The translations under genes were made by a program, and so were the position numbers. Below, one piece after another: positions 9,494-18,303 of a DNA stretch of 64,000 bases. Position 1 is the stretch's first letter; the number at the start of each line of letters is the position of its first letter. The DNA is from Bacteroidota bacterium. Its GTDB lineage: Bacteria; Bacteroidota; Bacteroidia; AKYH767-A; 2013-40CM-41-45. Under the pieces are notes generated by a model. That model saw only the letters and a program-made list of their open reading frames with translations, was not told the DNA's origin and ran no database searches. Location of the stretch: the NCBI GenBank assembly GCA_031427625.1, contig JANPNV010000168.1, forward strand, positions 3,898-67,897, written 5' to 3'.

Positions 9494-10969
9494 TTGGACA
9501 TATTTCAAAATAAAAAAATGAAACTAAACTTCTACTTTCTGATTTTAATTTTATTCTCGTCGCTTACGATTACTGCGCAGTCAACCTTCATCAAACAGTT
9601 TGACCATCCGAGTCAGATAGGAACTCTCACCGAAGCCACGGCATTGATAAAAACACTGGACAAGGGAATGTTGGTTTCTACTTCTCAGTTGGGACAAAAC
9701 GGTTCAGCAGCGTTACATAAACTGGATAAAGACGGAAATCTTCAATGGCAACTTGAAATTTCGGGTTATGCAGTTAGTATTTGCCAGATGGATGACTCCA
9801 CATATTTTATGACTAGTTATTACAATGGCCTGTTAACTTACCTAGACAAAGCAGGGAATGTAATTTGGATGAAATGTATTTTGGATAGCGCAAATAATAT
9901 AATGAACTCAGCACCTGTTATTTCAGTTTGGAACGACTCCGTTGTCCTTCTTATAGGAACGGAGACTATGTTATGGATAACAAAATCCGGCATTATTCAA
10001 AACCAGCGTCCGGGTCCGGGTATAGGAGGAGTTGGTCCTTATAACGATCTTATTCAGAAAATTGTTATTACCCCTCAAAGAAATTTCTATGTGTATGGTG
10101 GTAATTATCCTTTACGAATTAGTCAATTTGATTCATTGGGAAATGAAATTTGGAGAAAGCAAATCGATATTAAGGAAATTGGAGGATTCGATCTGGCAGA
10201 ATTCAGTTATGAATTCAAACAACAGCCCAACGGAGATCTGATTATTACAGCAGGCCTGAACCATTCACAATCATACTTCGGATCCTTTATTGCATGTATC
10301 GACACAGCCGCAAATCTGAAATGGATTAAGGGGTTTTATTCCGGTTTCTATACCAGCGATTTCACATTGATGCCCGACAATTCCATAACATTAATGGGCC
10401 CCGGCTATTTTATGAATATAGATTCAGCAGCATGGTCATTCACAACATATAATATACCGAGTGGGACAATCCGCCCTTCGAAAGGATTTTATTCAGTCGA
10501 AATGGACAGTAGCTTTTTTATTGCAAGCTCTGGAATTAATTTATTTACGCTTTTAAAATATCCACTCATTCCTGCTAATACATGCATCAATTCGATTTCA
10601 ACGACTCAAGCCTATGATTTAGATTATACTGTCACAGCATATCCCTCCGCTTGGGTAGGGAGAACATATAATTTAATTGATACTGCCTTTGCTTCAAATT
10701 ACCGTTATACCATGCAGGATCTGTGCCTCATCAACAATACAAATGAAATTTCCGCAACGGTGGTCAGGTTATTCCCGAATCCGGTATCAGACAAACTTAC
10801 AATTCAAATAGACAAACTGGATTTTTATTGGCAGCTATACGATATGAATGCACGGCTTTTGCAAACCGGTAACATCAATGAAATAAATTTTGACATCGTT
10901 AACAGAGGTGTTTATATGTTGAGAATCGTTACACCGGAGAAAGAGTTTGTTCAAAAAATAATTCATTAA
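9494..10969 (+). CDS. Secreted PQQ-like beta-propeller protein with T9SS type-A CTD
   Basis: The more likely start is the internal ATG at 9518 (MKLNFYFLILILFSSLTITAQ signal peptide). Repeated LDKDGNLQWQ / LDKAGNVIWMK / FDSLGNEIWRK motifs resemble PQQ/BamB-like propeller blades. The C-terminus LFPNPVSDKLTIQ...GVYMLRIVTPEKEFVQKIIH is a CTD. Confidence 0.7.
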   Translation: MDIFQNKKMKLNFYFLILILFSSLTITAQSTFIKQFDHPSQIGTLTEATALIKTLDKGMLVSTSQLGQNGSAALHKLDKDGNLQWQLEISGYAVSICQMDDSTYFMTSYYNGLLTYLDKAGNVIWMKCILDSANNIMNSAPVISVWNDSVVLLIGTETMLWITKSGIIQNQRPGPGIGGVGPYNDLIQKIVITPQRNFYVYGGNYPLRISQFDSLGNEIWRKQIDIKEIGGFDLAEFSYEFKQQPNGDLIITAGLNHSQSYFGSFIACIDTAANLKWIKGFYSGFYTSDFTLMPDNSITLMGPGYFMNIDSAAWSFTTYNIPSGTIRPSKGFYSVEMDSSFFIASSGINLFTLLKYPLIPANTCINSISTTQAYDLDYTVTAYPSAWVGRTYNLIDTAFASNYRYTMQDLCLINNTNEISATVVRLFPNPVSDKLTIQIDKLDFYWQLYDMNARLLQTGNINEINFDIVNRGVYMLRIVTPEKEFVQKIIH

Positions 10970-11192
10970 AGGTTTTCAATATTCGGATTAGCTATGATCC
11001 TTTTTTAATTACTAAACAACAGAACGGGGTTTTAGATTTTTCTATCGAAGAGTGCATCGCTTTGTGTCGCTGATTATTTACTTAATTATTATGAATAAAT
11101 AATCAAAATGCATAGTCTTTTAATTAATTTATTGTTGGTTGACATATCTTAATACCACGTGTTCAAAGTACGCAGATATTTGCATAGTATTT

Positions 11193-11360
11193 TTTCTCTG
11201 TGCCCTCGTATGTTTAACTTTTTGTACGTGGATTTATTTTAACATACGAGTTCACAGCGTAAACACAGAGCACAAAGTGATTTTTTAATTCCAATGCTGG
11301 GCGAATTCTTCAGTGACTGAATGGCTATCTGCGGAGAGCAGCCACGTACCAAATACGCCC
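11193..11360 (+). repeat. Conserved non-coding element copy 2 upstream of the PKD-repeat cargo gene
   Basis: ctctgtgccctcgtatgtttaac...ttaacatacgag forms a 10-bp stem. aaacacagagcacaaagtgattttttaattccaatgctgggcgaattctt is the conserved core. tgggcg pairs with cgccca about 55 nt downstream. Confidence 0.5.
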
Positions 11361-11586
11361 AACGAGGGTAAAACTAATTCTGTTAAGAATACAATTTTAT
11401 AGAAAAATCCTTGACATACGAATTTGAATCATTAGCGGCAAAATCGCCAGCGTTAACGTAAACATGGGTTCTGGCATTGGCAAATATTGTAATATCAGAC
11501 AAAATATCTCAATGTCTGTGTGAAATTAAATATCTTACAAAGAATATATAGGTGCTGATAATTAATGCTACTTAACCTCTTCTCCT

Positions 11587-13887
11587 ATGAAAAAACAATT
11601 TTTACTCATCGCCTTCATTTTCGTGATATCCATAGTTAAAGGGCAGAATTGCCAATTCGCTTATGCTCTTTATTCAGGAACCGGTTTGACAGTTTTCAGG
11701 GCCGATACTTCTTATACCAATTCACTCTATACATTTCAATGGGACTTTGGTGATGGTAATACCGGATCGGGTATGCAGGTTTCGCATTGGTATCGCTCTA
11801 TGCTGGGATCTACGGTTTGTCTTGAAGTTTACGATTCGAGTAATGCATTGGTTTGTAATTTCTGTGATACAATTATTTTCCATGCTACCGGGCAATGTCC
11901 GTTTGGAGTAAACAATTTTGGGTCTTCAAGTCAATATATGTTTAACGCATATCTCCCACCTAATAATATTTCATTTTGGGATTTTGATGATGGTACAAAT
12001 GCTACCGGAGATACCATTATTCATTTGTTTAACAGTCATAGAACATATACTATCAAGGACACGCAGGTAGATACAATCAGTAACGATACTTGCATTTCAA
12101 CGGTGAATATGACCTTCCAGAGCATTGGTAATTGTTTCATGGGGTATCTCATCAATTCCAATAATAATGTTTCATTCTCTGCCACTAACGGTGCTTCATC
12201 AACGGTAACGTGGGATTTTGGTGATGGATCAACCGGTACGGGAATGACTACAAGTCATACGTATGCCGCGCCCGGTGCATACTTTGCTTGCTACACATCG
12301 ACCAATACTTCAGGAAATTCATGCAGTGCCTGCGAGTTTATTAATTTGAGTGAAATAACAAGCACGTGTTCATTTAATAATTCAACAACAAACGGCGTTA
12401 CCGATTTTTCAAGTTATATTCCTAATCTCAGTCATACTTTTACATGGGAATTTGATGACTGGGGTACAGCTGTCGGGACTAACGTGCAGCATGCTTTTAG
12501 TTATCCGGGAATGCATTTTGCCTGCATGAATGAAATCGATTCGACCGGAAACATGGTATGCCAATATTCCAATATGCTGAATGTAGGAACTGTACTTTTA
12601 TGTTCATTCGCTGCATACCCTGATACTGCCAATCCACTTCAGGTTGTTTTCCAAATGAACAATTCTTCTTTTAATGTTACATGGGATTTTGGCGATAATA
12701 CGATTGATACCGGCGCTATGACAACGCATATATTTCCGGCACCAGGCAATTACAATGTTTGTGCAGTGGTCGACAGTTCCGGAGTTCCTACCTGTACTTT
12801 TTGTCAAAACGTAAATGTTGGTGGTAATTTTGGTAATTGTTCAATAAACTATTTAATCGATTCGCTGGGCAATTATGTATTCAGCATAAGCCCGACTTCT
12901 CCGTATTCAGTTATTGACTGGGACTTAGGAGATGGATATTCTGCAAATGGAAATGGCGCCTCGCATCGATATTTGTCAGCAGGAATTTACCAAGTATGTG
13001 TAAGTGATTATGATACATTAGGTGCCGTAAACTGTCAGTCATGCATTTGGTTAAATGCAGGGAGCGGTTCATGTCAGGCTGCATTTTATGCAGTACCTCA
13101 GGGGCTTACTTATCAGTTTATTGATATGTCAATCGATTCATCGAATAGTACATTATCCTACTTATGGGATTTCGGCGATGGAACTACATCGACCCAACGT
13201 TTTCCTCAGCATACATATATGCAATACGATTCAATCACTGCTTGTCTCACAATAACTTCGGGAATTTGTTCGAGTACGTTCTGCAATACATTTATAGTCG
13301 ATACAACTGTAATTCAGTCTGGCTGCAATTCATTTTATGCGATAGTGCAGAATGGACAATATAATGTAGACATCGTAAATCTATCGACAGGAAATAATCT
13401 TTCCTATTTATGGGATTTTGGTGATGGTGCCAGCAGTTCGGCTGCATTTCCATCGCACTACTATCCGTCTACAGGAAGTTATATTTTATGCCTGACCGTG
13501 AACGATCATATGGGTTGCATAAGCACATACTGCGACTCACTCAATGTAGATTCACTCGGCAATATTTACAGGGGAATGGTTCATGGATTCTCTATCCAGG
13601 TAATTGCTCCATCAGGATTAAATGCAGTTAACGAAAACATTTCGCAAAGCAGTTTTTCAATTTTTCCGAATCCTGTTACATCGTACCTGAATCTTGTAAA
13701 TCAAAAAAGATTAAATTCATTTAAGTCATATCGTATCTACGGATTAACTGGCAATCTGATTGACTCTGGTATGTTGCACCAGAATGATTCGAAAATCAAT
13801 TTGGAAAAAGTAGATGCGGGGTTGTATATTTTGGAGGTTACATTTAAAGACGGCTCACGGCAGAATTCGCGGATTGTTAAGCCATAG
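11587..13887 (+). CDS. Secreted protein with eight PKD-like repeats and T9SS type-A CTD
   Basis: Signal peptide MKKQFLLIAFIFVISIVKGQ. Eight W(D/E)(F/L)(G/D)DG motifs are spaced about 80-90 aa apart, each with paired cysteines (the PKD-domain hallmark WxFGDG). The C-terminus IFPNPVTSYLNLV...GLYILEVTFKDGSRQNSRIVKP is a CTD. Confidence 0.75.
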   Translation: MKKQFLLIAFIFVISIVKGQNCQFAYALYSGTGLTVFRADTSYTNSLYTFQWDFGDGNTGSGMQVSHWYRSMLGSTVCLEVYDSSNALVCNFCDTIIFHATGQCPFGVNNFGSSSQYMFNAYLPPNNISFWDFDDGTNATGDTIIHLFNSHRTYTIKDTQVDTISNDTCISTVNMTFQSIGNCFMGYLINSNNNVSFSATNGASSTVTWDFGDGSTGTGMTTSHTYAAPGAYFACYTSTNTSGNSCSACEFINLSEITSTCSFNNSTTNGVTDFSSYIPNLSHTFTWEFDDWGTAVGTNVQHAFSYPGMHFACMNEIDSTGNMVCQYSNMLNVGTVLLCSFAAYPDTANPLQVVFQMNNSSFNVTWDFGDNTIDTGAMTTHIFPAPGNYNVCAVVDSSGVPTCTFCQNVNVGGNFGNCSINYLIDSLGNYVFSISPTSPYSVIDWDLGDGYSANGNGASHRYLSAGIYQVCVSDYDTLGAVNCQSCIWLNAGSGSCQAAFYAVPQGLTYQFIDMSIDSSNSTLSYLWDFGDGTTSTQRFPQHTYMQYDSITACLTITSGICSSTFCNTFIVDTTVIQSGCNSFYAIVQNGQYNVDIVNLSTGNNLSYLWDFGDGASSSAAFPSHYYPSTGSYILCLTVNDHMGCISTYCDSLNVDSLGNIYRGMVHGFSIQVIAPSGLNAVNENISQSSFSIFPNPVTSYLNLVNQKRLNSFKSYRIYGLTGNLIDSGMLHQNDSKINLEKVDAGLYILEVTFKDGSRQNSRIVKP

Positions 13888-13902
13888 TCTTCATTGCGAG
13901 TA

Positions 13903-13945
13903 AACAGAGCAGGTGAACAGTCTCTTTCTGTTCACTCGCTCTGTT
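13903..13945 (+). terminator. Imperfect 18-bp inverted repeat after the PKD cargo gene (terminator-like, weak U-tract)
   Basis: aacagagcaggtgaacag - tctctttc - ctgttcactcgctctgtt, with 16/18 complementarity. Confidence 0.35.
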
Positions 13946-14103
13946 CCTGACACTCTCACTTTTCTCAATCCTCGCGAACTTATGACTCAAACCGAAATTC
14001 AAACTATTAATTATCCAATATATTATCCTGATTTCATGCAGTTGTATTTTGATGATTTTGCAAATAACTTTACAGAATAATTAACATATAAAACTTTATA
14101 AAA

Positions 14104-14649
14104 ATGAAAAAAATAATTCTATTTAATTTTGGAATGGCAATCGTCATTGCAGGATTGTTCGGTGCATGTTCAAAGGAGCAAAAAATTAATGTTGGCGATC
14201 AGGATAATATTGCTCGGCAGCTAAAATTTATACCTGTGAATGAAAGTGTTTGTGTAAAGCCCGTTACACTTAATAAGGAAGTGATAATAATAGTACAATG
14301 GGAAGAGTGGGGTCGGGCTAAAAAGGATTGTAGAGGTTGGGGGTTATGCAAAGCAGAATGGTTTCCGCAGTTTAAAGACAGGATAATAAATCCTCATCCG
14401 GGAAACGGAGGTGCAGCAATTTTGGAATTTGATCTGATTAATAGTCAATACTATTTTGATATATTGTTGGCTGATAAGCCTGAGCCAAAACTTACATTGT
14501 TAGATTTAGCATTGGTAGTTGATTACGATATTGACATTTATACGCAAACAAGACTGGGAAATGATCTGCGAATAAACCAGGGAATATATAATTATGATGG
14601 TTCCATGGGGACTTTTGGTGGGTATAGGATATATCTGGATACTATTTGA
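14104..14649 (+). CDS. Hypothetical lipoprotein
   Basis: 181-aa ORF. The lipoprotein signal MKKIILFNFGMAIVIAGLFGAC ends in a lipobox Cys. No recognisable catalytic motif. The locus is AT-rich. Confidence 0.5.
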   Translation: MKKIILFNFGMAIVIAGLFGACSKEQKINVGDQDNIARQLKFIPVNESVCVKPVTLNKEVIIIVQWEEWGRAKKDCRGWGLCKAEWFPQFKDRIINPHPGNGGAAILEFDLINSQYYFDILLADKPEPKLTLLDLALVVDYDIDIYTQTRLGNDLRINQGIYNYDGSMGTFGGYRIYLDTI

Positions 14650-14808
14650 AAAAGTAAGTAATGTTTTATTTCCACCAGATCGTTAATCAAGATTTAAAAG
14701 TCTCAATACGTTCTATCTCGAAATAAGGGAGTTGTCCAAAGGCTCTCACTGTTAGTTTTTATTATTCAACACCTGTAGTCCTTAAAATTAAACATTAACG
14801 ATAATTTA

Positions 14809-15420
14809 TTGATGCATCTGGTTAAAAATAAACTACTGTTTCTATTTCTTGCATTTTTTATTTCTAAAAATATTTTGGCTCAATCTATTTCAGAAATTGA
14901 AAATGCAGGAAATAACCTGGAAAATATAATTCATGGCTCATTGTCGAAAGATGCGCCACATCTGTTCAGAATAGGTTTCGAAACGATAGACACTATTCTT
15001 AAGAGATCTGATAAAAAGTATAAAATTGTATATCTATTCTCCATGAATTGTCATTCTTCACTAGAGTTGTTTCCGAGACTCGTTGATTTTGTAAATAGTA
15101 ATTCTGAGTTTGAGTTATTTCCAATTGAGGGCCATAGGGCCATCGATACTGCCATGATAAAAAAGTATTTATCGTATTACAATTTCTTTGGCACTATGTT
15201 TATTTTAGATACGGATAAATATGGAAACAAAAGAAATCCATTTAGCCGATTAGACAAATTAACTAAAACAATATGCAAAGAGTGTGATTATAAGAAAATG
15301 GGATTTTCTAGTTTTTACATTTTTGATGAAGAAAATAAAGTTGTTCTTCACAATAGCTGGACAACGCCCGGCTTAAAAAAAATGGATGCACTGGTGGAAT
15401 GGTATAAAATGAAAAATTAA
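14809..15420 (+). CDS. Hypothetical secreted protein (possible degenerate thioredoxin-fold CxxS motif)
   Basis: 203-aa ORF with an N-terminal signal peptide (LLFLFLAFFISKNILAQ). The SMNCHSS segment could be a CxxS thioredoxin-like motif, which is speculative. Confidence 0.4.
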   Translation: MMHLVKNKLLFLFLAFFISKNILAQSISEIENAGNNLENIIHGSLSKDAPHLFRIGFETIDTILKRSDKKYKIVYLFSMNCHSSLELFPRLVDFVNSNSEFELFPIEGHRAIDTAMIKKYLSYYNFFGTMFILDTDKYGNKRNPFSRLDKLTKTICKECDYKKMGFSSFYIFDEENKVVLHNSWTTPGLKKMDALVEWYKMKN

Positions 15421-15654
15421 TTCTTGTAAATCGGATTAATCCAAAATGTTCTGCTCTACGGTCTAATTGTGTCGAACTCGTCAATCGAAATTTATAATAC
15501 ACAAATACAATGATTATCTGCCTGATGGAATTATGGAATATTTGCAGATGAGGAAAAAGCTTAAATTTTTCAAATCACATTCAAATCAATTTTTGTAAAT
15601 TCAAAATTACAAACCGAAAAATATATTCAACAAGTAAAATAAAAAAGACCGGAA

Positions 15655-16902
15655 TTACTTTTTTCCATACCATTTTTTTGCACTGCCTCCGCTGCCTTGT
15701 GGTTTCCTTGAAGTGCCGGAATGACTTCTTCCTCTTTGTTGCGGTTCTGTTTTTACCGGTGAATGATCTATCAATGGAAAAGGATGATCGTCGATAACAG
15801 GAATTTTTTTTCCGATAAGTTTTTCAATATCCTTCAAATAAGCTTTTTCTTCTGCATCACAGAATGAAAGCGCTGTTCCCGATGCACCGGCCCGACCAGT
15901 CCTTCCAATGCGGTGTACATATGTTTCTGCAATGTTTGGTATTTCAAAATTGATTACAAATTGTAGATCGTCAACATCGATTCCGCGCGCTGCAATATCG
16001 GTAGCAACTAAAACACGTGTCGACTGAGCTTTGAAATTAGTCAATGCACGCTGGCGGGCATTCTGAGCCTTATTGCCATGAATAGCTTCTGCTTTAATAT
16101 TATTCTTAATAAGAATTTTCACAACCTTATCAGCACCATGTTTCGTACGTGTAAATACAAGCGCAGTTTTTATTGTCTTGTCCTTTAACAAATCTATCAG
16201 CAAAGAATTTTTATTTCCCTTGTCAACAAAATAAAGTGATTGTTTTATTGTATCAGCAGTTGATGATATTGGTGTTACTTCAACTTTTTCAGGATGATGC
16301 AATATCGTCGCTGCAAGTTTTACTATTTCCGAAGGCATTGTAGCGGAGAAGAAAAGCGACTGTCGCTTATGTGGTAATGCTGCAATTATTTTTTTAACGT
16401 CATGAATGAAACCCATATCAAGCATTCGGTCAGCCTCATCAAGAACGAATATTTTAATTTCTTTAAGTGAAATGAATCCTTGATTCATGAGATCAAGCAG
16501 GCGACCGGGTGTAGCAATTAATATATCAACTCCGTTTTTTAAAGTATTCACCTGCGGATTTTGATTTACGCCTCCAAATACAACAGTATATTTCAATCCT
16601 GTATGTCTGCCATAATTTTTAAAACTTTCACCGATTTGTATGGCTAATTCTCGTGTAGGCGTTACGATTAGACTTCTGATCTTAATTCTTTTTGAATGAT
16701 CATGGTCGGCAGCTAGTAGTTGAATTATAGGAATTGCAAATGCTGCCGTTTTTCCAGTTCCTGTTTGGGCACAGCCCAATAGATCTTTTCCACTAAGCAC
16801 AATTGGAATTGCGCGTGTTTGAATTGGTGTTGGAATTGTATAACCTTCTTCTTTTAATGATTTAAGAATGGGTTCAATGATTTCTAATGATTTAAAGGCC
16901 AC
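15655..16902 (-). CDS. DEAD-box ATP-dependent RNA helicase (RhlE/CsdA-like) with basic RG-rich C-terminal tail
   Basis: Q-motif region, Walker [22 protein letters not shown] box [16 protein letters not shown], and [10 protein letters not shown] are all present. The C-terminus is [28 protein letters not shown]. Confidence 0.9.
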   Translation of the reverse strand: MAFKSLEIIEPILKSLKEEGYTIPTPIQTRAIPIVLSGKDLLGCAQTGTGKTAAFAIPIIQLLAADHDHSKRIKIRSLIVTPTRELAIQIGESFKNYGRHTGLKYTVVFGGVNQNPQVNTLKNGVDILIATPGRLLDLMNQGFISLKEIKIFVLDEADRMLDMGFIHDVKKIIAALPHKRQSLFFSATMPSEIVKLAATILHHPEKVEVTPISSTADTIKQSLYFVDKGNKNSLLIDLLKDKTIKTALVFTRTKHGADKVVKILIKNNIKAEAIHGNKAQNARQRALTNFKAQSTRVLVATDIAARGIDVDDLQFVINFEIPNIAETYVHRIGRTGRAGASGTALSFCDAEEKAYLKDIEKLIGKKIPVIDDHPFPLIDHSPVKTEPQQRGRSHSGTSRKPQGSGGSAKKWYGKK

Positions 16903-17406
16903 GAATTGTAATTTTTGAAAATTTAGTTGTATAGGTTGCTAAATAATTAAGCAATAACTCCGGACGGAATGTGTTGCAAGGTACGTTTTATTAATGAGAG
17001 TTACTTTTTGTATGAAGTAGGGGGTTTGAAGCCACATGGATATATAAGGCGATTTTAAAAAGAAGATCAACGACATAAAAATTGCTTCCTTTTTTACGGA
17101 AGCCTGGAATGTTTGATTTCAGACATAATTTAACAATAAGAATAGGCATATTTTGTGAAGCGAACATTTTTTTAAATTAATCAGCGATTTGTTTTGAGTC
17201 ATTCACCTTAACTGATATCCTGGCTAAAACAATTAAGCCATTTTAAATTATAATGCATTATTAAACTCTATTCTCTTGTTTTAGTTAATTACATGTTATT
17301 AATGTCAAAGACATCCTTATAATCACTACATTTAAGGGATTTAGAGAATGAAAAACTAAATTAATAGGTTCATTCATTTGATATTATAATTTAAAACAAT
17401 CCCCAA

Positions 17407-17592
17407 ATGCAAAGAGAAAATCTTGAACAAGGCTGGTCAGATATTGCTGATAAGTTGTTAAACAGATTCCCGAAGCTTACACATGCTGATGTAGCTTTTC
17501 TAAAGGGACATGAAGAGGATTTATTAGTAAGAATTGAACAAAAACTTCAAAAAACCAGACCGGATCTGTTAAAGTTGATTTCAACTTTATAA
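17407..17592 (+). CDS. CsbD/YjbJ-like general stress protein
   Basis: 61 aa. The pattern W..I..KL...F.KLT..D..FL.G....L..+IEQKL matches the CsbD/YjbJ small stress-protein family, recalled from memory. Confidence 0.45.
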   Translation: MQRENLEQGWSDIADKLLNRFPKLTHADVAFLKGHEEDLLVRIEQKLQKTRPDLLKLISTL

Positions 17593-17956
17593 AGTTTGAT
17601 CAGTATTTATGGGATTCTGAGGTGCGAATAAACTTTTGGGTTAGTACTTGATTGCACTTGTCGCAGTTGTATTCATTTTATCGGAATGCCCTTCGTTAAT
17701 TCATGCTTATTCTTCTTCGGATGCACCTAATGATTTATCTGAATTATCGATGAAATATGACAGGAATGGCACATTTTTCACTTTTATAAACGATAAGATC
17801 ATTTTAGAAATTGGGTAAGGGAGGCAGAATCCGTATTAGCTTATGTGAACAATCCATTTAAAATGTTCTGTACTAGAAATCATCAAATCTTATTGAATAA
17901 TCAGGTTGATTAAGAAAATACTTGTAATGGCATTTCAATATTGGAACGATAATAAG

Positions 17957-17988
17957 CAAAAAAAAATCCGCTTAATTTAAGCGGATTT
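17957..17988 (-). terminator. Rho-independent terminator downstream of csp
   Basis: On the minus strand, ggaaatccgcttaaattaagcggattttttttttgc has an 8-10 bp stem followed by a U9 tract, 20 nt after the csp stop. Confidence 0.7.
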
Positions 17989-18006
17989 CCAGTTGAAATG
18001 TGACTA

Positions 18007-18198
18007 TTATTGAAGCTGTACATTCACAGCATTTAAGCCTTTTTTTCCTTCTGTTACATCAAAAGTAACTTCATCGCCTTCGCGAATATCTACCTGTAAA
18101 CCTGTAGAGTGAACAAATATGTCTTCACCTGTTGAAACATCATTGATGAAACCATAACCTTTTGTGTTGTTGTAAAACTTAACTGTACCTTTTTTCAT
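18007..18198 (-). CDS. csp: Cold-shock protein, CspA family
   Basis: MKKGTVKFYNNTKGYGFI...DIFVHSTGL contains the RNP1-like KGYGFI and RNP2-like VHF/VHST motifs. The ORF track extends to 18222, but the MKKGTVKF start at 18198 fits the family length (63 aa). Confidence 0.9.
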   Translation of the reverse strand: MKKGTVKFYNNTKGYGFINDVSTGEDIFVHSTGLQVDIREGDEVTFDVTEGKKGLNAVNVQLQ

Positions 18199-18219
18199 TA
18201 TATTATTTATTAATTTATG

Positions 18220-18227
18220 CAAATGTA
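18220..18227 (-). promoter_or_regulatory. Candidate Bacteroidota -7 box (TACATTTG = TAnnTTTG) upstream of csp
   Basis: On the plus strand caaatgta lies at 18220-18227. It would place the transcription start about 15 nt upstream of the csp ATG at 18198. Confidence 0.3.
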
Positions 18228-18303
18228 CATAAATATCTCAATGAGTGTCAGCTTTTTGAAAAATAAATTTAAAAACTTTGAATTCAATTAAAAACCTAAA
18301 TAG

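Noticed and set aside
17083-17102. Hairpin gcttcc-ttttttac-ggaagc upstream of the DEAD-box helicase as an independent terminator
   Set aside because: There is no upstream gene on that strand within 900 bp to terminate. It is more plausibly part of the helicase 5' leader and is mentioned under the cold-adaptation finding.
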